A program made the position numbers and the translations under genes. From positions 1,047 through 65,046 of the IMG/VR virus record IMGVR_UViG_3300030101_004160: a stretch of DNA of 64,000 bases; one strand, written 5' to 3'. The DNA comes from a virus. Lineage: Duplodnaviria > Caudoviricetes. The notes under the pieces were generated by a model, which searched no databases, had not been told where the DNA came from, and saw only the letters and a list, made by a program, of their open reading frames with translations. Shown in pieces: positions 31,780 through 39,534 of this stretch; the first letter of the stretch is position 1, and the number at the start of each line of letters is the position of its first letter.

Positions 31780-32237
31780 TAGTCTAATTGTCTATAAGTT
31801 CCAGCATTACCTTTTTTCATTTTCATACCCATACCAGCTTTTTGCATAGACATACCATTTAGCATTTTACCACCGCCAGCATAATTCATCATGTCTTTTT
31901 TCATACCCATTTTCATTCCACCTGGAGCTTTTTTCATTTTACCACCATACATCATGTACCCCATGTTGTTTCTTACGTCAGTAGGAAGCTTTGCTAATCC
32001 TGGATTTTTTTGTTTGTCAACTGGCTTTAAGTTTTTACCACCCATAGCCATATTTTTCATCTTCATCCCATAAGCAGCTTTTGGTTTAGTGTGAGTATAT
32101 CCCATTTTATCCATTCTATTGTGATCTGCCATAGTGTTAGCTTTGTACCCTTTTCCAGTTTTTGGATCGTACATCATGTGCGGCTTGAATGGTTTTGCCT
32201 TACCACCTTTTTTGTACATTTTCTTTTTTTTCATCAT
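31779..32237 (-). CDS. Met/Lys/Gly-rich low-complexity protein, ends YRQLD
   Basis: Repeated xxGGK / xxGMKM units separating two short modules (FKPHMMYDPKTG; NPGLAKLPTDVRNNMGY). Confidence 0.75.
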   Translation of the reverse strand: MMKKKKMYKKGGKAKPFKPHMMYDPKTGKGYKANTMADHNRMDKMGYTHTKPKAAYGMKMKNMAMGGKNLKPVDKQKNPGLAKLPTDVRNNMGYMMYGGKMKKAPGGMKMGMKKDMMNYAGGGKMLNGMSMQKAGMGMKMKKGNAGTYRQLD

Positions 32238-32253
32238 TTTTTTAAATTTTTAA

Positions 32254-32511
32254 TTAATCATGTTGTTTATAATACTTACCTCCTTTCTTATATTTGCTTA
32301 CACGACCTTTTTTGTTTTTTTCTCTTGCAGCTGCACGTTTTTCGCCAGCCGTTAATTCTGACCAAGTCTTTGGTGTATCTTTTGTTATTTTTTTTGTAGG
32401 TCTAAAAGTGTTTTCACCACCACTATAATCTTTTTTACCAGAAGGGGTTCTCCAATCTTCTTTAAACCATCTTTTTAGGGCTAGACCTTTTTTTGTTTTA
32501 CGTACTGCCAT
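32254..32511 (-). CDS. Small basic protein (LKRWFKEDW type), ends YKQHD
   Basis: Likely start MAVRK at 32511, immediately after the upstream stop; track start 32562 overlaps the previous gene. Confidence 0.7.
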   Translation of the reverse strand: MAVRKTKKGLALKRWFKEDWRTPSGKKDYSGGENTFRPTKKITKDTPKTWSELTAGEKRAAAREKNKKGRVSKYKKGGKYYKQHD

Positions 32512-32512
32512 A

Positions 32513-32731
32513 TTAATCGTGTTGATATATTTGACGTCCGCACTTATCAAAAGAGTAAGCAAACTTACCTCCTGTTTTATATTTCATTCCGCTAGCACCT
32601 TTCTTTTTACTTTTGTTTCCCCAGTTGGCAGCTCCAACTTTTCTACATTTGGCCATAGCCCCGCTTCTATACGCTGAGGTTTTTGGTCCGTATCTAGCAA
32701 CTACTTTGTGATAACACGCATCTTTTGGCAT
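32513..32731 (-). CDS. Small basic protein (DACYHKV...SAYRSGAMAKCRK type), ends IYQHD
   Basis: 72-aa ORF in operon context. Confidence 0.7.
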   Translation of the reverse strand: MPKDACYHKVVARYGPKTSAYRSGAMAKCRKVGAANWGNKSKKKGASGMKYKTGGKFAYSFDKCGRQIYQHD

Positions 32732-32742
32732 AACTTTAATTT

Positions 32743-33276
32743 TTAATTCATTTCTTTAATTTCTTTCCTTCTTTCCAAAAACGACAGACCTTTGTTTCCT
32801 ACTATCTGTTTTCTTTCTCCTCGTCTGTCAATTGCGTCCAACAATGATTGTCTTGTTTTTAATATTTTTTCTACACCTATCATAAGTTTTTGTAACATTT
32901 CTGCGTTTTCTTCATCAAGGTGCATCTTATCTATGAGGTTTGTAAACTGATTAATTTTATTGTTAAAGGCTAAAAGTTGTTCGTCTAACGGATCAAATTG
33001 TAGCTCATTATATTTTTCTGCTGCTGCTTTCAGTGTAGCATCCTCGCTTCCCTTCCATTTATACGTATCGTACAAATCTTTAGACACAGCTTTTATTCTT
33101 TCTGCTTCACTGTAATGTCTATATGGGCTTTCGTAGTCGTAGACTAACGCAACCCATTTGAGGGCCGTAGGCCCGAACTTTTCCTTATGGATAAGTGATA
33201 AAAATTCTGGCACGGCAGTTACCCCGTCATCATCCCTAAATATGTCTCCCTTTTTATTTAATTTTAACAAATACAT
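32743..33276 (-). CDS. Conserved helical protein, terminase small subunit candidate
   Basis: Size, helical C-terminal coiled coil and position upstream of TerL; function inferred only. Confidence 0.4.
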   Translation of the reverse strand: MYLLKLNKKGDIFRDDDGVTAVPEFLSLIHKEKFGPTALKWVALVYDYESPYRHYSEAERIKAVSKDLYDTYKWKGSEDATLKAAAEKYNELQFDPLDEQLLAFNNKINQFTNLIDKMHLDEENAEMLQKLMIGVEKILKTRQSLLDAIDRRGERKQIVGNKGLSFLERRKEIKEMN

Positions 33277-33545
33277 TATTTCGTGTATTTTAATTTTAAT
33301 CTACAAACATATCTTAATTCATCTATACCTTTCTTGCTATCGTTAACTATTGTCTGAATGTAATAATATGGATTATCTTCCATGTGCCAGCTAGATTTTA
33401 CAACCTTAAAGCCATATGATTTTGCTCTCTTTTTAATTATAGGCTCTTCATCAATTAATTGTCCTAGTTTTTCATATATTTTTTCTAGATAATAATAATT
33501 ATCTTTCGTATATACCTTTCCTAAATCTTTGTCTATTTTTTTCAT
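33276..33545 (-). CDS. Hypothetical protein (89 aa)
   Basis: Coupled ORF (ATGA and TAATG overlaps). Confidence 0.55.
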   Translation of the reverse strand: MKKIDKDLGKVYTKDNYYYLEKIYEKLGQLIDEEPIIKKRAKSYGFKVVKSSWHMEDNPYYYIQTIVNDSKKGIDELRYVCRLKLKYTK

Positions 33546-34219
33546 TTTACTAATGAAGTTTGTTTAGGTCCAAATATAATATTTAATATGTTATTTTCGG
33601 TAGGTAATTTATTAATATTATTACTATCTGATAAATAAGGGGCTGTATTCTCTTTAATCATTAATTGTTCTTTTTTTTCTTTTAATGCATCAGTAGAATC
33701 TTTAGCTATTATGTTTTTATTAAACAGATCATATTTTTCTTGCGGCTTGTCTTTACCAGCCCAGTGATACTTAAACCAAAAATCTGTAATTGATTCTTCT
33801 CCAGACCAAACTTTACTAAAGTTAGCCTTGGGGTGCATTCTATGAAAACCTAAGAATAACATTTTTTGTTGATCTGGACTTAAGTCTTTTACATCAACAC
33901 TTTTAGATTCTTTACTACCAAGGCTCAAATCTCGCAACCAGTTAGGTAAAGGTAAGTTTTTTTCTTTAAAGTAATTTACAGTTCTGTTAACAGCTGTGTT
34001 TCCTCCTTTCTTCTCTCCCTTCTCAAACATAAACAAACCTCTTCCTGCTCCGTCTTTTTTACCATCATCTGTTATTTGTACTGCGTTAGGTTTCATTCTT
34101 TGCTCTGCTCCTGTTTCGTGGAAAGCAATATAATCCATTAGTTTTTCATATTGATCAGGCGTGCCTCCTTTGTCTCCAATGATTATTTGTAGTAATTCGT
34201 TATAATTTATTTCGTCCAT
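33542..34219 (-). CDS. Lysozyme/lytic-transglycosylase-like protein
   Basis: IAFHET...PNAVQ...GRGLFMF resembles the catalytic Glu helix plus GLxQ motif of the lysozyme-like superfamily (Q replaced by M). Confidence 0.5.
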   Translation of the reverse strand: MDEINYNELLQIIIGDKGGTPDQYEKLMDYIAFHETGAEQRMKPNAVQITDDGKKDGAGRGLFMFEKGEKKGGNTAVNRTVNYFKEKNLPLPNWLRDLSLGSKESKSVDVKDLSPDQQKMLFLGFHRMHPKANFSKVWSGEESITDFWFKYHWAGKDKPQEKYDLFNKNIIAKDSTDALKEKKEQLMIKENTAPYLSDSNNINKLPTENNILNIIFGPKQTSLVK

Positions 34220-35361
34220 TAAAATCTGCCTCCGTTTGTAAAGTTACGTTTTTTTATTCTTCCTCCGTTTTCCATTTTTTGCATAGCCATAGAATTAATA
34301 GACTCTTGTGAAGCCTTACTGAATATATTGCCTATTTGTTTCATGGTTGCTGCTTCATTTATAAGCTGCATCATGTCCTTTCCGCTACCAAACTTCATTC
34401 CCTCTTCAGCATAATCTAACTCTTCTTCAACATTTTCTGTTAAATATGGATTAGGTTTATTTCCAACAAAATCTCCTTGGTCTATAATAGGCTTATTTGT
34501 TTTTCTAATATCTAATTTGGGTTTAATTCCTGAGGCTACAGTTGTTCTAGGCGTTCCTTCTACTTGTCTTTGGCTTTCTCCTCTTTGTATTTTTTGTGCT
34601 TGTGGTGTCATCATCGGCCCAGCTGAACCTTCTCCTCTACCCATAATTAAATTCATTAAAGGGCTTACAGTCATATCAACTACAGGTCTAACGATATTTT
34701 CTGCAATAGGTCTAGCAACTGCTTCAAATGCTGGCATTACTACATCAAAACCAGCGCTTTTTACTAAATCAGCACCACCTCTAACACCTTGATCTATTAC
34801 GTCAAGTCCTGCCTCTACTCCTTGACCAGCTACATCAACAACAGGAGCTACTACATTTTCAACTACATTACCAGCGGCATCAAAAACAGGCTGTGTTATT
34901 GGGTTAACAACATTTGCTGCAGTACCAAGAACGTTTCCTGCTACATTTCCTAGACTTCTTACGAATCTCCTAAAGCCTCTAAAGTTTTCACGTAGTCCTG
35001 TATACGGGTTAATAGTACCACTACCACCCATAGCTCTTAACATATTTGCTTCTTCTGGTGTAACATGGGCTAGTTGCGTGTCTCCAAACCTACCAAGACT
35101 AGCTACCTTTTTATATTCAGCTGGAGATAATTGACCACCTTTATTAAAACTTGTAACATTTTTATCCATATAAGGATTTAGTCCTATCAATCTATTAGCA
35201 TCCATGTTTCCTTCCAATGCTTCACTACCACCACCTGTAGTACCCATAGCTCTATTGCTTTGTGATATAGTGTTTAGATTTGTAAATAAAGATTGTAAGT
35301 TTTGTTCATCTGACATATTAGTAGATGACATCATGTTGTTTTGCATATCTGGAAAGGCCAT
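34219..35361 (-). CDS. Putative internal virion protein (380 aa)
   Basis: Contains GRFGDTQLAHVTPEEA...GGSGTINPYTGLRE module and amphipathic Val/Ala/Gly helices; first gene of the leftward arm. Confidence 0.55.
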   Translation of the reverse strand: MAFPDMQNNMMSSTNMSDEQNLQSLFTNLNTISQSNRAMGTTGGGSEALEGNMDANRLIGLNPYMDKNVTSFNKGGQLSPAEYKKVASLGRFGDTQLAHVTPEEANMLRAMGGSGTINPYTGLRENFRGFRRFVRSLGNVAGNVLGTAANVVNPITQPVFDAAGNVVENVVAPVVDVAGQGVEAGLDVIDQGVRGGADLVKSAGFDVVMPAFEAVARPIAENIVRPVVDMTVSPLMNLIMGRGEGSAGPMMTPQAQKIQRGESQRQVEGTPRTTVASGIKPKLDIRKTNKPIIDQGDFVGNKPNPYLTENVEEELDYAEEGMKFGSGKDMMQLINEAATMKQIGNIFSKASQESINSMAMQKMENGGRIKKRNFTNGGRF

Positions 35362-35391
35362 AGTGAAATTGTATTAAATTTATAATAACTA

Positions 35392-35399
35392 CAAAGATA
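35392..35399 (-). promoter_or_regulatory. -7 box TATCTTTG heading the late arm
   Basis: Exact TAnnTTTG 30 nt upstream of the 35361 ATG. Confidence 0.7.
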
Positions 35400-35557
35400 T
35401 AAAAAAAAATTATGTTTAGTTGTGAGAGAGTGATACTATATGCTTACTTCCCCCCTCCCCTTTCTATTTTTTTCTACACCCCACCCTACTTTTACTTTCT
35501 ATTTTTTTTTCTGACTTTATTACAGATATATATATTTACTAACTTAAACTTATAACT

Positions 35558-35719
35558 ATGGACTACATACTATGGCTCGTCTTAATCTTCCTTGCTTCAT
35601 TTCTTAAATGCTTAGGCTTCTTACTTGCACTTGCAGTTGCTTACTACATCTTTCTAAAGATTGTAACTGGTAACGATAAAGTAATGGATTTAGTCAAGGA
35701 TAAACTAAAGAACTCTTAA
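35558..35719 (+). CDS. Small membrane protein (53 aa), not in ORF track
   Basis: MDYILWLVLIFLASFLKCLGFLLALAVAYYIFLKIVTGNDKVMDLVKDKLKNS; A-rich leader; followed by terminator. Confidence 0.65.
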   Translation: MDYILWLVLIFLASFLKCLGFLLALAVAYYIFLKIVTGNDKVMDLVKDKLKNS

Positions 35720-35736
35720 TCGGGTTCTTTTTTTTT
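35707..35736 (+). terminator. Intrinsic terminator
   Basis: AAAGAACTC-ttaatc-GGGTTCTTT then T-run. Confidence 0.7.
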
Positions 35737-35903
35737 ATTTATATATAAAATATGCGTATTTATGCGACAGTATGATATAGTCTAACAACCCCTATATTCA
35801 CTATATTATTACTATAATTTGTGTAATGTAATACTTAAGTTATTGATAATCAATCAGTTATTGTTTTTTTATTATTTATTAATAAAATATACTATACTTT
35901 CTA

Positions 35904-36034
35904 ATATATTTAGCTGATTAAACAAATAACTAACTAATGAGTTTGCGAAGTTATACAATTTAATTGACATTGTCAAGTCCTGTAACTATTATTTACAACA
36001 AATAATATTTTACTATATATATTTAGCTGATTAA
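35904..36034. repeat. 18-bp direct repeat ATATATTTAGCTGATTAA (35904-35921, 36017-36034)
   Basis: Exact duplicate in the AT-rich control region. Confidence 0.75.
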
Positions 36035-36082
36035 TTTTTCTACTTTATTATAAACTAATTATTAATTTAAATCAAAACTACT

Positions 36083-36349
36083 ATGGAAACTATAGGAATC
36101 AATTGCTCATGCGGTAATCAACATGGGTTTGTTCTGTCAAGAAAACTTGCAGAATGTACACAGTGTGTATCACTACACAACATTGAAGAATCACAGTCAT
36201 ACTCTACGTATGATATTATACCTTTACACGTAATAGAACAACGTGCTAAAGAACAAGCAGTAATAGATATGTGGCTTAATGATATGCCATATATTGATTG
36301 GAATACCTGCTTTCAAACAGAACATGAACAATTTGGAGTGCCATTCTAG
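36083..36349 (+). CDS. Early protein with CxC...CxxC, ends GVPF
   Basis: ORF with A-rich leader and downstream terminator. Confidence 0.65.
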   Translation: METIGINCSCGNQHGFVLSRKLAECTQCVSLHNIEESQSYSTYDIIPLHVIEQRAKEQAVIDMWLNDMPYIDWNTCFQTEHEQFGVPF

Positions 36350-36363
36350 GCATTCCATTTTTT
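36334..36363 (+). terminator. Intrinsic terminator
   Basis: TGGAGTGCC-attcta-GGCATTCCA then T6. Confidence 0.7.
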
Positions 36364-36402
36364 CAACTTAACAATAAATATTAATCTAATAAATATAAAA
36401 CT

Positions 36403-36567
36403 ATGGATAGAAAAACTTATGAATCTTTACAAAAGGTAGTTAATTACCTTTATGAATCAGAACAAAAACATTATGAAGAAGAAAACAAACCAAAAGGTCA
36501 CATAATGAATGATGTAATATGTCTTGGAGAATATTGCGCAAAACGTTATATAAAAGAAAATAAATAA
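36403..36567 (+). CDS. Small early protein (54 aa), not in ORF track
   Basis: MDRKTYESLQKVVNYLYESEQKHYEE...; A-rich leader. Confidence 0.6.
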   Translation: MDRKTYESLQKVVNYLYESEQKHYEEENKPKGHIMNDVICLGEYCAKRYIKENK

Positions 36568-36722
36568 AACTTAATAAGAATTAACATTAAAGAAATGACT
36601 CAAGCAATACCACAGATTACAGAGTAATGACACTGACAAATAGTTTTCTATTTGGATAAGCACTTTAATGTTTTTTCTTTTTTTCAACTTAATAATAACT
36701 ATTAACTATAAATAATTAAATC

Positions 36723-37064
36723 ATGCAAAAACAAGAAAACAAATTAGCAAACGGTATGTTTATTAAAGAACATACTTTCAAATCAGGTACAACTATTTAC
36801 AACGTACAAATTAAATGTACAGACTTCATTAAAATGATGAAAGATAATGCAAAAGGTGACCGTAAAGGTGGCCAGTGGCTTAACCTAAAGCTTATACCTA
36901 ACAAAAATACAACTAAGTATTCGCATACACCTGTTGTAGATACGTGGGTGCCTAAGAATGCAGATTCAGCTATAAACAATCTGTCCTTAGATGTGCTACA
37001 TAAACCTAGTGTACAAGAAAGAGCCATAGTAGAAACTCCTGAAAAAGCTGAATTACCATTCTAA
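36723..37064 (+). CDS. Small beta-rich ssDNA-binding-like protein, ends ELPF
   Basis: GQWLNLKL...HTPVVDTWVP core and SSB-like C-terminal LPF. Confidence 0.5.
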   Translation: MQKQENKLANGMFIKEHTFKSGTTIYNVQIKCTDFIKMMKDNAKGDRKGGQWLNLKLIPNKNTTKYSHTPVVDTWVPKNADSAINNLSLDVLHKPSVQERAIVETPEKAELPF

Positions 37065-37291
37065 TGGGTATTCTAGGTATATCATTCTTCGCTGCCATTG
37101 GCTACTACATTATTGTGTACAAAGCCATTGGTAGGCGTAGACTGGTTAAAACACAGACATTTTGGGACATTATATTTACAGTCCTAATGCCACTACTATT
37201 TATTGGTACGTTCAGCGGTATGGCTACTGCGGCTATCGCAGGCGTATTCTTTTCTATATTTACAGCACTTACGCCATCAGTAGAAGAATAA
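37064..37291 (+). CDS. Small multi-pass membrane protein
   Basis: Three hydrophobic segments, GTFSGM motif. Confidence 0.65.
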   Translation: MGILGISFFAAIGYYIIVYKAIGRRRLVKTQTFWDIIFTVLMPLLFIGTFSGMATAAIAGVFFSIFTALTPSVEE

Positions 37292-37295
37292 AACT

Positions 37296-37322
37296 AAAGA
37301 GTCTTTATGGCTCTTTTTTTTT
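37296..37322 (+). terminator. Intrinsic terminator
   Basis: AAAGAGTC-tttat-GGCTCTTT then T-run. Confidence 0.65.
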
Positions 37323-37358
37323 CTACTTTATTATTACTAACTATAAAATACTTTTATT

Positions 37359-37745
37359 ATGAAAAAAGAAATCACAAACATACAATCTTACGAGTATGTA
37401 AAACAATTGAAAAAACAATTGTTCAACAAAGAAATATCTAAATACGATATTGCACACAAAATGTTCAGAAGAGCAAATGCAGACTGGATTATTAAGCATG
37501 TTAATAAAGCTAAGCTTACTATTACATATCTTAATGGTAAAACCAGAAAGCTACCTACTTACAATGAACTAATGAAACGTGTAAAATGGTCCAATGCAGA
37601 TCACTACAAACACAAAAGAAGAGAATACATTAAAAAGTATTACAAAGTAATTAATGCCTTTACAAAACATAGAGCAAAATTTAAAACTAATACTTTAGGT
37701 AACGTCTTCAACAACTTAAAAATTAACGTGTTAAAAACACAATAA
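37359..37745 (+). CDS. Basic early protein (128 aa)
   Basis: ORF downstream of the repeated early motif. Confidence 0.6.
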   Translation: MKKEITNIQSYEYVKQLKKQLFNKEISKYDIAHKMFRRANADWIIKHVNKAKLTITYLNGKTRKLPTYNELMKRVKWSNADHYKHKRREYIKKYYKVINAFTKHRAKFKTNTLGNVFNNLKINVLKTQ

Positions 37746-37909
37746 ACATAGAACGTTGGTTGTAATCACCTTCCAGACATAGATGGAAAAATAATGCGTT
37801 CTAATATAGAAAGGAGGTTAGTAAACATGACAAATAATAATTCAGCGGTTATACTTTGTGTGTATTTACAATTCCTCCTTTCTTTTTTCTAACTTTTAAA
37901 TAAATAATT

Positions 37910-38131
37910 ATGCGTAAATTGTCTTACGAAGATTGGAAACAATATGTACATGATACTGTACAAAAAAATAAACTTAATAAAATACCTTTAAAAATAAAAA
38001 AACTAGAAAATGAACTAAATAAAATAGATAGTAAATTTCTAGGTAAACACAATCTCTTTATGGATATAAAATACATAAAAAGAAAAACAGAAGAAATATA
38101 TAAACGCAGTCAAGAAATTATAAATAAATAA
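37910..38131 (+). CDS. Hypothetical protein
   Basis: Operon-like packing, A-rich leader. Confidence 0.55.
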   Translation: MRKLSYEDWKQYVHDTVQKNKLNKIPLKIKKLENELNKIDSKFLGKHNLFMDIKYIKRKTEEIYKRSQEIINK

Positions 38132-38132
38132 T

Positions 38133-38408
38133 ATGGAATATGCAAGAAAATGTTCAGTTACAGGCGAAGGAATGAATAACGGCTGGATAAATGAACAAAC
38201 TTATGAATATTTTAAATACAAGAAAGATGTAATAAATTATATTAAAAGTATTATGAAAAAAGACCCTATGATTACTTATGGTGGCAAAAGATCAGATGAT
38301 GATATTCTAGAGGTAGGATATAATTATTATGATGTATACTATACAGAATGGGAATACTCAGAAGATATGCAATATATAGAAATAAATGGAGTACTAACAG
38401 AAATTTAA
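38133..38408 (+). CDS. Hypothetical protein (ARKCSVTGEGMNNGW...YYTEWE)
   Basis: Operon-like packing. Confidence 0.6.
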   Translation: MEYARKCSVTGEGMNNGWINEQTYEYFKYKKDVINYIKSIMKKDPMITYGGKRSDDDILEVGYNYYDVYYTEWEYSEDMQYIEINGVLTEI

Positions 38409-38416
38409 AATAAATT

Positions 38417-38665
38417 ATGGAAACAAATACAATATCATTTAATGTCAGCAAAACTATTAACATCGGTAACTTTGAAGCTATTAAGATTAATTACGGCCAA
38501 AGTATTACTGTGGATCCTACAAGACCTATTAAAGAACAAAGGCAAGAACTTATACAGGAATGCTACGCTACTGTTAAGGAAGAAACGGCGTTATGGACGC
38601 TTAAAAGCGTTGTACACGTTGACTCTAAAAAGAATAGAACTACTTATAAAAGTAAAGTAAAATGA
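38417..38665 (+). CDS. Hypothetical protein (SKTINIGNFEAIKI)
   Basis: Operon-like packing. Confidence 0.6.
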   Translation: METNTISFNVSKTINIGNFEAIKINYGQSITVDPTRPIKEQRQELIQECYATVKEETALWTLKSVVHVDSKKNRTTYKSKVK

Positions 38666-38841
38666 AAATAACAGAATTAATTGACGAATTAGAAGAGTTA
38701 AAAAAACAAGGTAAAACACATTTAACATTATTAGGCAACTCTAGTAATGGAGAAGATGATGACTTTGATATACATTTTAATAATTTAGAAGTGTGGAATG
38801 ATGGAGAAACTACTGCAACTTTATTTTTGAGTATAATATGA
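38662..38841 (+). CDS. Small acidic protein (59 aa), not in ORF track
   Basis: MKITELIDELEELKKQG...; ATGA overlaps on both sides. Confidence 0.6.
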   Translation: MKITELIDELEELKKQGKTHLTLLGNSSNGEDDDFDIHFNNLEVWNDGETTATLFLSII

Positions 38842-39104
38842 AATCTTACTTACTTAAAAAACTTATACCAGGCTACAGGCTAGGTCCAGAACACAAGGAC
38901 AAACAGCTTGTGGCTCTGCCGTATAAATACAATGGTACAAAAATACTTGTCAAGCATAGTGACAAGAAAATGATTATAGATCAAGACACTCCATTACTTG
39001 GAGAACAAACGTTTCCTGATAAGTTTGGTAGAGATAAAACATATACTCTTTACTATTACGAATGGGATACAGAATCGCATAAACAAATAAAATTAGAATT
39101 ATGA
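38838..39104 (+). CDS. Hypothetical protein
   Basis: Coupled ORF. Confidence 0.6.
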   Translation: MKSYLLKKLIPGYRLGPEHKDKQLVALPYKYNGTKILVKHSDKKMIIDQDTPLLGEQTFPDKFGRDKTYTLYYYEWDTESHKQIKLEL

Positions 39105-39316
39105 ATAGAGATAAACATATATGGGAGGGTTGGACAGTAGGTGATTTTATAGATGAATTAGAACCTATATTTAATATGATTACAAAAAATCAATCTCATA
39201 TAAACCCTTTTGTTGATAAACAAGACTTAAGGAATTGGATTAAAGATAATCAACCTTACTATAAAAAACATATACCAGAAGTATATAAATACTTTTTAAA
39301 AAAATTAACATTATGA
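39101..39316 (+). CDS. Hypothetical protein (HIWEGWTVGDFIDEL...NQPYYKK)
   Basis: Coupled ORF. Confidence 0.6.
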   Translation: MNRDKHIWEGWTVGDFIDELEPIFNMITKNQSHINPFVDKQDLRNWIKDNQPYYKKHIPEVYKYFLKKLTL

Positions 39317-39534
39317 AAGAATATCAAGTAACAATGAGTAGAACATACACTACATATATTACATTAAAATTTCCAGATGATGGTAGAAATCATATGGATA
39401 TTATTGATGATAGAATTACATCTTGTGACGAGGACATATGGGGCCTTATAAATGATTTAGAAAGAAAACAAATGGATGTGTCTAACGATAATTGGGAAAT
39501 ACATGAACTTACTAACACAGAACAGCAAGCTTAA
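39313..39534 (+). CDS. Hypothetical protein
   Basis: Coupled ORF. Confidence 0.55.
   Translation: MKEYQVTMSRTYTTYITLKFPDDGRNHMDIIDDRITSCDEDIWGLINDLERKQMDVSNDNWEIHELTNTEQQA

Noticed and set aside
36576-37892. tRNA or hammerhead ribozyme in the structured early gaps
   Set aside because: No T-loop/cloverleaf and no CUGANGA...GAAA core in the right arrangement.
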